A stretch of DNA of 61,833 nucleotides from Eubacterium sp. (GCA_017540125.1 JAFYBS010000009.1:1-61833); one strand, 5' to 3'; positions 47,641-57,608 are shown, counted from the stretch's first letter. Notes: generated by a model from the letters alone, not told the origin. Translations and numbers: made by a program.

Positions 47641-48201
47641 TCAGCTACCGGCCTCATCCCCTGTGCCAGCGGACGAATTCGTCGTGGTTGCTTCATTCGT
47701 ATTTTTCGTCGATTGCGATTCCTCTGCTGCCTTCGCCTGCGCGTCTGCTTTCAGCTTTTCCTCCCACTGTTCATCCGTCGGTGTGGATACTTTGTAGATG
47801 TCATCAACGCTGAAGCTCTGTCCGTCGATCACGACCTGTGCTCCGTCTTTGTTGATCTTTACGCTTTCCACGATACCCTTCGCCGATTGCGATTCCCCGT
47901 TGGCCTCGCTGTGCTCGATCTCAACGTATTTATCGATCAGCGTATAAGCGGATGTGTTGTTGAACGTGGAGTTCAGATTCTGCATCTGCTCCAGTGAGGA
48001 GAACTGCGCCAGCTGTGCGATGAAGTCCTGATCGGACTGAGGATTCAGCGGATCCTGATACTGCATCTGCGTGGTCAGCAGCTTCATGAACTCCTGCTTT
48101 CCGAGATCCGAGCTTCCTCTGGTCTTGGATACCGTGTCACTCAGATCCTTGTAGGTCAGTTCATCCAGTGAAGTCGATAGATTGGAACTGCTCACTGCCA
48201 T
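47641..48201 (-). CDS. flgD: Hook capping protein FlgD
   Basis: LGKQEFMKLLTTQMQYQDPLNP, AQLAQFSSLEQM. Confidence 0.96.
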   Translation of the reverse strand: MAVSSSNLSTSLDELTYKDLSDTVSKTRGSSDLGKQEFMKLLTTQMQYQDPLNPQSDQDFIAQLAQFSSLEQMQNLNSTFNNTSAYTLIDKYVEIEHSEANGESQSAKGIVESVKINKDGAQVVIDGQSFSVDDIYKVSTPTDEQWEEKLKADAQAKAAEESQSTKNTNEATTTNSSAGTGDEAGS

Positions 48202-48238
48202 GTTCTTCCCTCCTTTTCATTTTTATAAAAATGGTGGC

Positions 48239-49810
48239 TTACGCCGTATAGTCTACGGTACTGTTTACATCCCGTCTGGATGCTTCGGTCTGATTGTCGG
48301 ATACAACGCTGTCCGATCCTTCGGCGCTGTTGCCGGAACCGTTCCGGTTTCCTCTGCCGTTTCCTTCTCCGGAGTTCTGATCGAAGTTGTTGTTGTCCTG
48401 CTGCAGGCCCAGATCGAAGCTTCCTACGGTAACCTCTACCGCCTGAACCTTGATTCCGCGTTCCTCGAACGCTTCCTGCAAACGGATCATTCCGCTTTCC
48501 AGTGCTTCCTTGGCTGCCTGATTCTCTACGATCAGTCTCGCCGTCGTTTCCTGTCCTGCCGCGTTGATCTGGACATTTACTCTTCCCAGACTGGCCGGAT
48601 GGAGCTGAATCTCCATGTTGGTGGATTCCGGCATCATCCGGACTCTCACCTGGCGTACCACCTGCTCTACCATCTCTGTCATTTGTCTCTGCACATCCTG
48701 AACCTGAGTTGCCTCGGGCTCGAGGGCCTGCGTCAGTGACTCCGCGAATGCCTGTGCGTTGGTGGTCTGTGCCTGTCGGCTCATCGCATCAAGATCTGCT
48801 GCTGCGTCTCTCAGATCGTCGGCTCCCAGTCCTGTTCCCTGACCGGTCTGCTGTCCGGTTCCGCTGCCTGCCTGATCCGATGTCCTGTTTTCGATGACTA
48901 CGGTCATATCCGGATTGCTGTCATCCTGTTTTTCGATAACCGGCGCGTCCTCCACGTTGGTTGTCATCACAATCTCTTCCTGAACCAGCGGCTGTACCGG
49001 TGTCTGCTCCGTTATCAGCTCCGGAGTCTCCTCCGTAAACTTCTGTACTGCCTGCATCAGGTCTTTGGCGAAGGTCTCCCAGGTTCCGTCATCAACTGCT
49101 TTTTCCAGATCTTCGACTCCGATTCTCATCAGCTCGGAAACCAATGTCTTCATCCGGTCGAAGATGTCGTTCATTTCCTGATTGAGTGCGTCATTGGTGA
49201 GGAATGCGCTGGGGTCTTCGATTCCGTGAACTTCCATCACGAATACCTGAACCGTAGTGATGGAAAAGCTTTCGATCTCTCCGGTCTTCAGTCCGGTGAT
49301 CAGATCTGCCGGCTGCATTCCGATGTTGTCGAAGATGTCCTGTACATCCTGCGGCAACAGATTCAGGATATCCTGAAGGATTGCCATAATCTCCTCGTTC
49401 ACCTTTTCGATGTCGATGGAGCCGTCCTCGGCAACCGGCGAAGCAGCGGTCTCAGAAACCTCGGTGCTCTGCGTGGAGCCGTCGGTCTTCGGAGTATCGT
49501 TTTTCACCTGTCGGTCGTTCCCCGTATCCTGTGTCGTATTAACTTGTTCTTTTGAAGCATCCTTGCTTTGGGTTATGTTGGAAGAGGATCCGTCCTCAGA
49601 TTTTTCAGACTTTTGAACCTTGGTAGATTTGGATTCCATACTCGACTTGGCATCGGCTATGCTCGTCTGCGGATTGGCATTCTGTCTGCCGACTCCGGAT
49701 GCGCTGTTCGCGATGAAGTTGTCGAAGGTGGAATCACTGGCGTTGGTCTTTTTCTTGATCTTGACCTCGGTTGTTTGGGCACTCATTAGGGTGATTCCCT
49801 GTGTCTTCAT
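48239..49810 (-). CDS. fliK: Hook-length control protein FliK
   Basis: C-terminal IQLHPASLGRV domain; position upstream of flgD. Confidence 0.9.
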   Translation of the reverse strand: MKTQGITLMSAQTTEVKIKKKTNASDSTFDNFIANSASGVGRQNANPQTSIADAKSSMESKSTKVQKSEKSEDGSSSNITQSKDASKEQVNTTQDTGNDRQVKNDTPKTDGSTQSTEVSETAASPVAEDGSIDIEKVNEEIMAILQDILNLLPQDVQDIFDNIGMQPADLITGLKTGEIESFSITTVQVFVMEVHGIEDPSAFLTNDALNQEMNDIFDRMKTLVSELMRIGVEDLEKAVDDGTWETFAKDLMQAVQKFTEETPELITEQTPVQPLVQEEIVMTTNVEDAPVIEKQDDSNPDMTVVIENRTSDQAGSGTGQQTGQGTGLGADDLRDAAADLDAMSRQAQTTNAQAFAESLTQALEPEATQVQDVQRQMTEMVEQVVRQVRVRMMPESTNMEIQLHPASLGRVNVQINAAGQETTARLIVENQAAKEALESGMIRLQEAFEERGIKVQAVEVTVGSFDLGLQQDNNNFDQNSGEGNGRGNRNGSGNSAEGSDSVVSDNQTEASRRDVNSTVDYTA

Positions 49811-49851
49811 ATACCTGCCTCCTTTCGTATTGATTTAGCTAGCCACACTAT

Positions 49852-49878
49852 ATATCGGCAGATATCCTGAAAACTTTA
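49852..49878 (-). promoter_or_regulatory. Sigma-28 (SigD/FliA) promoter upstream of fliK
   Basis: Exact consensus TAAA-N15-GCCGATAT. Confidence 0.88.
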
Positions 49879-49887
49879 GTCCCTTTC

Positions 49888-50658
49888 TCACTCCTTCATC
49901 GCTGTCATCTTGGTGGTGATCTGCGCTCCCACCTCTTTTTCAATCTGATCCATGATCAGCGCCATCTTGTTCGTAGGCATACTGTCTAGAATTTTCGCCA
50001 CGAGCGTCAGATCCGCCGATAACGTCGTGAGAATCTCCGCGGCCTTCGCCGGTTCCATCTTGGCATACATATCGGCCTGATCTTTGATCTCCTGTGTATA
50101 CTGGAACCGTTTCGCCACTTTTTCATAGATTCTCTCGGCATTATCCGGGTCGATCATCTCATAGAATTTTTTATATTCCTCGACATCGGGAGCCTTGTCG
50201 TTGTAGACGACGTCCTCATAGAACCTCGACCGCTGTTCGGCAAAGCTCTTCTGTGCTTCCTCAAACTTTTTTAACCGGGCGTTTTCTCTCTTCAGGTCTT
50301 CGATCTCGTCGCTGTTTGCCGTATTCGAACTGGACGTGGAAGCCAGCTGAGCCTCCAGTTCCTTGATCCTGGCATTCGCGTCTGCCAGGTTATCATAATA
50401 CGTATCGTCCGTCTCACTCTGATCCGGCTCGGGCAGGATTTTGTTCAGGATCGGTACATCCTTCAGCACAGGATAGAGCACCCCGCTTCCGAAACCGCCT
50501 ACATCCAGCTTGATCAAAACACCGAATATCGCCAGCCAGATAGCCACGATGACCATAACGATGATGATGGTGACAACCTTCGATCCGGCACTGTCCTCTG
50601 CCGCTGCTTCGGGATTTTCACCATCCGGATTCTGGTTTTTTTTATCCTTTTTAGCCAT
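49888..50658 (-). CDS. YlxF/MotE-like flagellar protein (TM, coiled coil, MgtE-N-like domain)
   Basis: YAKMEPAKAAEIL..ILDSM pattern; between fliJ and fliK. Confidence 0.75.
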   Translation of the reverse strand: MAKKDKKNQNPDGENPEAAAEDSAGSKVVTIIIVMVIVAIWLAIFGVLIKLDVGGFGSGVLYPVLKDVPILNKILPEPDQSETDDTYYDNLADANARIKELEAQLASTSSSNTANSDEIEDLKRENARLKKFEEAQKSFAEQRSRFYEDVVYNDKAPDVEEYKKFYEMIDPDNAERIYEKVAKRFQYTQEIKDQADMYAKMEPAKAAEILTTLSADLTLVAKILDSMPTNKMALIMDQIEKEVGAQITTKMTAMKE

Positions 50659-50670
50659 TGTACTTCACCT

Positions 50671-51111
50671 CTACACTCTTCCGTGACGATAACTAACCAG
50701 CTCGTCGATTTCTTTCTGTTCCGCGAGATTCTGCTCCTTCACGAAATCTTCGAAGGCATGTTCACGCAGCTTCTCAAACGTTTTCCTTTCCTTCATCGCT
50801 TCATTCAGCTTCTCGCGGGCGATCTCCACCTCACGGGCACACCGGATCACCACCAGATGTTGTTCCTTCACATAGACCTTCAGGATCTCAACCGCGTCTT
50901 CACGCTTTTTGATCTCCAATACATCCAGCGACTCATTCAACGCCTGCCGCAGATGCTCCTCCGCATTCTGCTCACGATCCCGGAGTCTCTGCTCTTCCTC
51001 CTCCGCATCCCGTAACCGCAGATTCGCCTGGGCAAACTCGTTCTTCGCCTGATCCTCCAGCTTAGCCTTCATGTTGAGGATATTTTGAAGCGGGAAAATA
51101 AAACGTGCCAT
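50671..51111 (-). CDS. fliJ: Flagellar export chaperone FliJ
   Basis: FIFPLQNIL, ERKTFEKLRE, EQKEIDE. Confidence 0.93.
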   Translation of the reverse strand: MARFIFPLQNILNMKAKLEDQAKNEFAQANLRLRDAEEEEQRLRDREQNAEEHLRQALNESLDVLEIKKREDAVEILKVYVKEQHLVVIRCAREVEIAREKLNEAMKERKTFEKLREHAFEDFVKEQNLAEQKEIDELVSYRHGRV

Positions 51112-51137
51112 CCGACTACCTCACAGGGATTTGTAAA

Positions 51138-52481
51138 TTATTCTGCATCACCATTTATATTCGGCTCCTGAAAAATTGCCTTCATCCTCGCCACGATATC
51201 ATCAAAATCAAACTTCTCATCCGTCCCCTGCTTCAAAAAGCTGTTGACGGCATCGATCTTTTCAATCGCGTAATCAATATTTTTATTCGACCCGGCACGG
51301 TACGCTCCGATATTGATCAGATCCTCCGCGTCACGATATGTGGCCAGGACTTCCTTCATCTTTCCCGCCACCGCCTTGTGATCCTTCGTCGCCACCGCTG
51401 ACATAACACGGGAGATGCTGGCCAAGACGTCGATCGCCGGATAATGATTCTTCTGCGCCATTCCACGGGACAGAACGATATGACCATCCAGGATTCCTCG
51501 CGCCGTATCGGCGATCGGCTCGTTGAAATCGTCACCGTCCACCAGCACGGCATACAACCCGGTGATGGATCCTTTGTCCGAATTGCCCGCCCGTTCCAGA
51601 AGCTTCGGCATCTCCGAATACACACTGGGCGGATAACCGCGGGACACCGGAGGTTCTCCGGATGCCAGTCCGATTTCCCTCTGTGCCATGGAAAAACGGG
51701 TCAGATTATCCATCATCAACAGGACATCTTTTCCCTGATCCCGGAAATACTCCGCAATCGCCGTAGCCGTCTTCGCTGCTTTATTTCGAATCAATGCCGG
51801 CCGGTCCGACGTGGCGATCACCACCACCGAACGTTTCATACCTTCCGGCCCCAGATCCCTCTCGATAAACTCTCTCACCTCACGGCCGCGCTCTCCGATC
51901 AAGGCAATCACGTTGATATCCGCTTTCGTGTTTCTCGCGAACATACCCATCAACGTACTTTTTCCGACACCGGATCCGGCGAAAATACCGATTCGCTGTC
52001 CCTTGCCCACCGTGATCAGACCATCCACCGCCTTCACACCCAGCGGCAACGCATCCGTGATAATCTCTCTTGCCAGCGGGTCCGGCGGATCCGCCTCCAC
52101 CGAATACTTCGGCGAATCATCCGGCAGTCCCTCGAAGGACATGGGATTCCCCACGCCGTCCAGCGACTGTCCCAGGAGGTCATCGGTAACCTTTACCATC
52201 AGGGGCGCACCCGTGTTCTCCACGAAGCTGCCCAGCCCCACGCCCTCAACATCGTCGTAGGGCATCAGCAAAACCCGGTCGTCACGAAACCCGACTACCT
52301 CCGCTTTCACCGGCTCCGGTCTCGACGCCGAGTGGATCAGGCACAAATCATTCAGCTTCGCCTCGGGCCCGATACTCTCCACGGTCAGCCCCACCACCTT
52401 AGCCACCTTCCCCAGTGCCTTGACGAAGCTATGATCACGTAGCGCCTCATATTTAGCGACCGAAAACGGTGCTGTCAACAT
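51138..52481 (-). CDS. fliI: Flagellar export ATPase FliI
   Basis: GIFAGSGVGKST, IGERGREVREF, GEPPVSRGYPP; start moved to 52481. Confidence 0.98.
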   Translation of the reverse strand: MLTAPFSVAKYEALRDHSFVKALGKVAKVVGLTVESIGPEAKLNDLCLIHSASRPEPVKAEVVGFRDDRVLLMPYDDVEGVGLGSFVENTGAPLMVKVTDDLLGQSLDGVGNPMSFEGLPDDSPKYSVEADPPDPLAREIITDALPLGVKAVDGLITVGKGQRIGIFAGSGVGKSTLMGMFARNTKADINVIALIGERGREVREFIERDLGPEGMKRSVVVIATSDRPALIRNKAAKTATAIAEYFRDQGKDVLLMMDNLTRFSMAQREIGLASGEPPVSRGYPPSVYSEMPKLLERAGNSDKGSITGLYAVLVDGDDFNEPIADTARGILDGHIVLSRGMAQKNHYPAIDVLASISRVMSAVATKDHKAVAGKMKEVLATYRDAEDLINIGAYRAGSNKNIDYAIEKIDAVNSFLKQGTDEKFDFDDIVARMKAIFQEPNINGDAE

Positions 52482-52573
52482 CCCGAATCCCCCCAAAAAA
52501 ATCAAAAACGAATTCCGAAAGAGCATCTCCTGATTTACACTCACTGCGTTGCGGCAGACATTGTTTTCTGCAG

Positions 52574-53458
52574 TTACACCAACATTTTTAGGGCCATCAG
52601 CAGATTTTCCAGCTGTGTATGTATCCCTGCGTCAAGCATCTGATTATCCGTCTCGATGATGCACTCATTTTTCTCCATGCCATCCTGAGACTGAATATCG
52701 ATGGTGACCCCGTCACTTACGCACTCAAGCAATTCCTTTTTGTGCGCCTCCGCCGTAAAAGCATCCTCCGAGCTTACCCGGATGACGACGCGCTCCGCGT
52801 TTTTACGCACATCGGCCAGTCCCGCCTTGATCAGATGCAGAATCAGCTCCTGCTGCTCCTCCATGACAACGCCGGTCAGCTTCTCCACCAGTTCACTGAC
52901 CACATGCACGAACTTCGGCTCCAGCATCGCCACCATATCTTCATACTCACTTTGCAGTGTCTGTCTCTCCTCTTCGACCTGCTGTCGAACCTGAGCGATT
53001 TCCTCCGCACCGGCCTGCAATCCGTCTTCATGACCGGCCTCAAATCCTTCTTCATGTGCCTGGGCACGAACATCGTCCGCCTGTCGTCTGGCATCCACGA
53101 TAATCTCATCCGCCTGGGCTCTCGCCGCCTCGATGATCTCACCCGCCTCGGATTCCGCGTTCGCTTTCATCTCTTCCAGCTCAGCGTCGATATGGGTGAC
53201 CGGCAAACCTTCTTCAAAAGAGTCCTCTTCCTCGTCCTCATCTCCGCCGACCTTGACCACGTTTGACGTTCTCGCCAGATCAAAAATCTCCTCGATGGAG
53301 AAGCCCTTTTCCAGTTCCTCTTCCACCTCAGCCGCGTCCCGGACAACGACTTTTTTCGGGGTCTCCAGGGGCGTAAAGTTGCCCGGCTGCTCATACGAGA
53401 CGGTCCGGGCTTCCTTTCCCTGCATATTTACAAAAGGGTACTTTACGATATTAGACAA
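52574..53458 (-). CDS. fliH: Flagellar export protein FliH
   Basis: AxxxG(xxxG)n repeats; C-terminal CIIETD..DA; probable TTG start overlapping the fliG stop. Confidence 0.88.
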   Translation of the reverse strand: MSNIVKYPFVNMQGKEARTVSYEQPGNFTPLETPKKVVVRDAAEVEEELEKGFSIEEIFDLARTSNVVKVGGDEDEEEDSFEEGLPVTHIDAELEEMKANAESEAGEIIEAARAQADEIIVDARRQADDVRAQAHEEGFEAGHEDGLQAGAEEIAQVRQQVEEERQTLQSEYEDMVAMLEPKFVHVVSELVEKLTGVVMEEQQELILHLIKAGLADVRKNAERVVIRVSSEDAFTAEAHKKELLECVSDGVTIDIQSQDGMEKNECIIETDNQMLDAGIHTQLENLLMALKMLV

Positions 53459-54476
53459 TAATCTCGTCACCTCCGCCTCGTGAAATGACAATCTCAGCGC
53501 TATCCTCCAGCTTACGGATGACGTTAACGATCTTCTGCTGAGCCTCCTCAACATCCTTCAAACGCACCGGACCCATGTATTCCATATCCTCCCGGATCAT
53601 ATCGGCCAGACGGGAAGACATGTTGTTGAAGATAACGTTCTGTACTTCCTCGTTGGCATTTTTCAAAGCCACGGCAAGCTCGGAGTTCTCCACCTCACGC
53701 AGCACACGCTGAATCGAACGGTCGTCCAGCATGAGGATATCCTCGAAGACGAACATCTTTTTCCGGATCTCGTCGGCCAGCTCCGGCTCCTCGATTTCCA
53801 GGTTTTCCATGATATGTTTCTCGGTTCCGCGGTCGACGGTATTCAGGACCTCGACTACAGAATCCACACCACCGACGATGGTGTAATCCTGGCTGACCAG
53901 AGATGACAGCTTCTGTTCCAATATGTTCTCCACTTCCTTGATGACATCCGGTGACGTACGGTCCATCATCGCGATACGCTTCGCCACGTCGGTCTGTTTG
54001 TCCGGTGTCAGCGAGCTGATGATCGCTGCCGCCTGTTGCGGCGAAAGATAGGACAGGATCAAAGCGATGGTCTGCGGATGCTCGTCCTGAATGAAGTTGA
54101 GGATCTGCGTTGCCTCTGTCTTCCGGATAAACTCGAACGGGCGAACCTGCAGGGATGCCGTCAGCTTGCCCAGCACCTGAGCCGCCTTGTCATCACCCAG
54201 TGATTTCTGCAACAGTTCCTTGGCATAACCGATACCACCCTCGGCGATATACTGCTGTGCCAGGCAGACTTCATAAAACTCATTTAAAACAGCTTCCTTT
54301 TGCGCGGGAGATACACTTCTGGTGTTGGCAATCTCCAGCGTCAGCTGTTCGATTTCATCTTCCTTCAGATGTCTGAAAACGGTGGAAGCCTTCTCCGGAC
54401 CGATTGTGATCAGAAGGATCGCCGCTTTTTGCACGCCGTCCAGTTCAACGACGGCCGATGATGATTGTGCAGCCAT
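53451..54476 (-). CDS. fliG: Motor switch protein FliG
   Basis: QKAAILL, EHPQTIALIL, MFVFEDI, GPVRLKDVEEAQ. Confidence 0.99.
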   Translation of the reverse strand: MAAQSSSAVVELDGVQKAAILLITIGPEKASTVFRHLKEDEIEQLTLEIANTRSVSPAQKEAVLNEFYEVCLAQQYIAEGGIGYAKELLQKSLGDDKAAQVLGKLTASLQVRPFEFIRKTEATQILNFIQDEHPQTIALILSYLSPQQAAAIISSLTPDKQTDVAKRIAMMDRTSPDVIKEVENILEQKLSSLVSQDYTIVGGVDSVVEVLNTVDRGTEKHIMENLEIEEPELADEIRKKMFVFEDILMLDDRSIQRVLREVENSELAVALKNANEEVQNVIFNNMSSRLADMIREDMEYMGPVRLKDVEEAQQKIVNVIRKLEDSAEIVISRGGGDEIIV

Positions 54477-54482
54477 GGTTTA

Positions 54483-56117
54483 TCAACCTCCCCAATCTTC
54501 GTTGATCCAGTTCCGCAGCAACAGTGCCACAGCCTCCGGATTCTCGTCCACAAACTTCTCGATCATAATTCTGGTCTCGGATTTGTCCTCCAGCTCGATT
54601 TCCTCAAGCGACGGACCTTCGTCTCTCGTTGTCTCCAAAAGATCCTCCACAGAAAGCTCCGGCTCGGTCTCGGTCACCTCTACCGGCGATGTTCCCCGGA
54701 TGATCACGAAGATCAGAAGCAACGCGATCAGCACCGTCAGGATCACCATCAGATAATTCGTGATGTTATCGAAAAATGATCCGGTCTCTTTTGCTTCGTA
54801 AACCGGCTGGTCAAACGCCATGATGTCGATGTTTCCGGTGGCAATTCCTGTTGCGGCCGCCACCAGTTCGATCAGTCCTTCCCTGTCTTCCAGTTCGATT
54901 TGTGTTGCCGCGCTGTTCTGCTCCACATACTGATCAAAGCTGATCTCATCCAGGAGTCCCTGCTCTTCCAGACTCTCCTCATGGATCACATTGTAATGCG
55001 TCAGGATGATGCCGATGGAGGATTCCTCCGGTACTACGGCACCGATCTCATACTCGATATTCCGTACGGTTTCGTTCGGCAGATAATCGTATTTATCCAG
55101 TGTAGTTTCCGTGTTGGTTTCACCGGTTCCGACGATGGGATAATCCGTCAAATCACCGTTGGAATCCGTTCCCGGTATTCCTCCGGTTCCGGACTGGCCG
55201 GTGGATTTGTAGTTGTAGGAGTGGGAATACAGACCCTGCTCCATTCCTTCGTTCGCCGTATAGGTCTTGACCAACTCTTCGATCTTGTCCATGCGGAATT
55301 TGATGGCGCTCTTTCCGATCTCGACGTCATCCCAACCCGCCTTCCGGAGCATGGTTTCGATATTTTTCGCAAAGGTGTTCTGCAACTTCTCACGGTAATC
55401 GTTGACACCGGTGACAGAACCACCCAGCGTGTTATCCTCTTTGCTTCCGTAGAGGAGATTTCCGGCCGTATCCGTGATGATGACGTTGTCGGTGGATTTG
55501 TTTCCGACCGCATTGGCGATATAATACGCGATACCCATCGCCACATTCTGATCCATCTCATAGCCCTTGGCCAGCTTCAACGAAGCGCTGACATAGGCCT
55601 CTGCCTTCTCGGCAAACACGGTCATATCATCCTCCTGTCGGGAAAGATAGACGGTCGCGTCCTCCACACCGTCGAAGGTGAGAAGTCCGTTCCGGATGGA
55701 TGACTGCAGTGCCAGATCGATCTTTGCCGAGCGGACCTGTGAGGTTGTGGTCATATCCTCCTGCAGGGCATCCTCCCAGGACATACCGGTTTCGTCCGTC
55801 ACCTTGTTGGCTCCCATCACAACAACCGCATCCGAATACTGACTCTGCTCCACGCGGAAACGAACCCGGTCGGTGTTGACCGCTTCGTCCTCATAATCCA
55901 CACCGGCGGCATCCAATTCATCCCGGAATGAACTGGCCGCTTCGCTGTTCAGCGTGATCAGATCGACATAAACAGGACGGGTCATAAAGTACGCTAAAAG
56001 GACGATCGCAAAGAAGATTGCGAGCGTCACGCAGATGATTATCGTCTTCTGTTTGGTCGTGTATCGATTCCAGAAAGCAAGGAGCTTGTCCCGAATCGCG
56101 ATCAGTCGATCCATCAT
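54483..56117 (-). CDS. fliF: MS-ring protein FliF
   Basis: Two TMs, GGIPGTDSN, C-terminal PEAVALLLRNWINED; GGAGG before ATG 56117 (the ORF-track extension to 56327 only reads through the palindrome). Confidence 0.93.
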   Translation of the reverse strand: MMDRLIAIRDKLLAFWNRYTTKQKTIIICVTLAIFFAIVLLAYFMTRPVYVDLITLNSEAASSFRDELDAAGVDYEDEAVNTDRVRFRVEQSQYSDAVVVMGANKVTDETGMSWEDALQEDMTTTSQVRSAKIDLALQSSIRNGLLTFDGVEDATVYLSRQEDDMTVFAEKAEAYVSASLKLAKGYEMDQNVAMGIAYYIANAVGNKSTDNVIITDTAGNLLYGSKEDNTLGGSVTGVNDYREKLQNTFAKNIETMLRKAGWDDVEIGKSAIKFRMDKIEELVKTYTANEGMEQGLYSHSYNYKSTGQSGTGGIPGTDSNGDLTDYPIVGTGETNTETTLDKYDYLPNETVRNIEYEIGAVVPEESSIGIILTHYNVIHEESLEEQGLLDEISFDQYVEQNSAATQIELEDREGLIELVAAATGIATGNIDIMAFDQPVYEAKETGSFFDNITNYLMVILTVLIALLLIFVIIRGTSPVEVTETEPELSVEDLLETTRDEGPSLEEIELEDKSETRIMIEKFVDENPEAVALLLRNWINEDWGG

Positions 56118-56138
56118 TTGATTTGTATCCTCCAAGAG

Positions 56139-56359
56139 GGATTTCCGCATCGCCAAACTGCATTCGGCAGCTCCGTGCACGTGCCCCATCCCGTGTCCGT
56201 GCAAGCACGACACGGATATGGCACACGGCACTCTACCGCCGCTACGCGGCAGCTGCCTCATGTGGTTTGGCGACGGCTTCGCCGTACGGACACACAGATC
56301 TGTCTGCTTATGCGAGCAAGCTCGCACGCAGACAGATCCTTTGTCCTATGCGGGAATCC
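56139..56359. repeat. 221-bp multi-branched palindromic element (REP/BIME-like) in the fliE-fliF spacer
   Basis: Closing stem GGATTTCCGCAT/ATGCGGGAATCC encloses three arms with GCAAGC and C(GNA)G mini-loops. Confidence 0.7.
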
Positions 56360-56364
56360 GTAGC

Positions 56365-56691
56365 TTAGAATTGCATGTTCATAATCGTCCTATAAGCCTC
56401 AACAACACCGTTCTTGACAGCGGCGGTGTACTGAAGCGACACACTGGCTTTCTGCTGGGCGATCATCAGGTCATGGAGATTGTCGGACTCGCCGGTGGCG
56501 AATTTGATCTCTTCCTCCTCGACCTTGTTGGAATAATCATTCGTTTCACTGATCAATCCCATCGCCGAATTCAGAAGGGCGTCAAAGCTGTCCTTCCTCT
56601 CCGCGCGCGTCTCAGGACGGATGGGATTGGTGGTATAGTAACGGCTGACACTTTCCAATCCCTCGATCGCCGAAATGTTTGTTATGTTCAT
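56365..56691 (-). CDS. fliE: Basal-body protein FliE
   Basis: LHDLMIAQQKA, VEAYRTIMNMQF. Confidence 0.96.
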   Translation of the reverse strand: MNITNISAIEGLESVSRYYTTNPIRPETRAERKDSFDALLNSAMGLISETNDYSNKVEEEEIKFATGESDNLHDLMIAQQKASVSLQYTAAVKNGVVEAYRTIMNMQF

Positions 56692-56743
56692 ATCTGGTTT
56701 TCCTCCCGGTTATCAAAAATAGTAATCCCTATCGGTGCGATGC

Positions 56744-57178
56744 TTACTGTCCGATCGAAAGCGCTCTGGTCGCCATACTCTTGGAGGCATTCAGCATCGT
56801 GACATTCGCCTCATACGCTCTGGTGGCATCGATCATGTTTGTCATCTCCGTCACCGTGTTCACGTTCGGGTAGATCACATACCCGTCCTCGTTGGCATCC
56901 GGATGGGAAGGATCATACACCATATTTCCTTCCGAGGGATCTTCCACGATACGGGTCACCTTAACTCCCTTGCCGATATACTGTCCGGCCAGTCCTAGGC
57001 TTTCCTTGAAGGTCGGATAAGCCTTCTCCTCAAATACCACCATTTTTCTGCGGTATACGTTTCCTTTTCCGTCCCTGGTCGTGTTGACGTTAGCCAGGTT
57101 TTCCGATATGGTATCCATACGCAGCTGCTGAGCCGTCAAGCCCGTAGCGCTGACATCAAATGCTCCGAATACTGACAT
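56744..57178 (-). CDS. flgC: Rod protein FlgC
   Basis: SENLANVNTTR, YDPSHPDA, PNVN..EM..MIDATRAYEAN. Confidence 0.98.
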   Translation of the reverse strand: MSVFGAFDVSATGLTAQQLRMDTISENLANVNTTRDGKGNVYRRKMVVFEEKAYPTFKESLGLAGQYIGKGVKVTRIVEDPSEGNMVYDPSHPDANEDGYVIYPNVNTVTEMTNMIDATRAYEANVTMLNASKSMATRALSIGQ

Positions 57179-57212
57179 AAGCTATCCCTCCTATCGATAA
57201 TCAATAACGCTA

Positions 57213-57608
57213 TCATCTACCGCCGCCGCTGATCGCCGACTTCAACTGCTGAAACTCATGATTGATCGATGTCATCAACGTGTTATACCGAATCTGGTTT
57301 TTCGCCAGCTCGACATTCTCCGTAGTGATATCGACGTTATTTCCATCCATGCGGTAGCTGAGTCCCGCCTGCTCCGTATAGGTAGTCGCATTCAGATCGT
57401 CCAGATCCATCTCCGCGATGGTCCGATCCAGTGAATCCGTACCTCCTATCGCTCCTATGAGATAGGTTTCGAACTGCACATCCTTGCGCTTATATCCCGG
57501 TGTATCGGCATTCGCGATATTGTTTGCCAACACATCGTTCCTTTTCCAACTGGCATCTGCTGCCTTGTCGAGGACATTCACATAATTATAAGCCCCTGAA
57601 AGAATCAT
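57213..57608 (-). CDS. flgB: Rod protein FlgB
   Basis: ANNIANADTPGYKRKDV, RMDGNNVD. Confidence 0.98.
   Translation of the reverse strand: MILSGAYNYVNVLDKAADASWKRNDVLANNIANADTPGYKRKDVQFETYLIGAIGGTDSLDRTIAEMDLDDLNATTYTEQAGLSYRMDGNNVDITTENVELAKNQIRYNTLMTSINHEFQQLKSAISGGGR

Noticed and set aside
56118-56368. Small ORFs and the 70-aa FliF N-terminal extension across the palindrome
   Set aside because: GC-rich palindromes are poor in stop codons; a good RBS precedes ATG 56117
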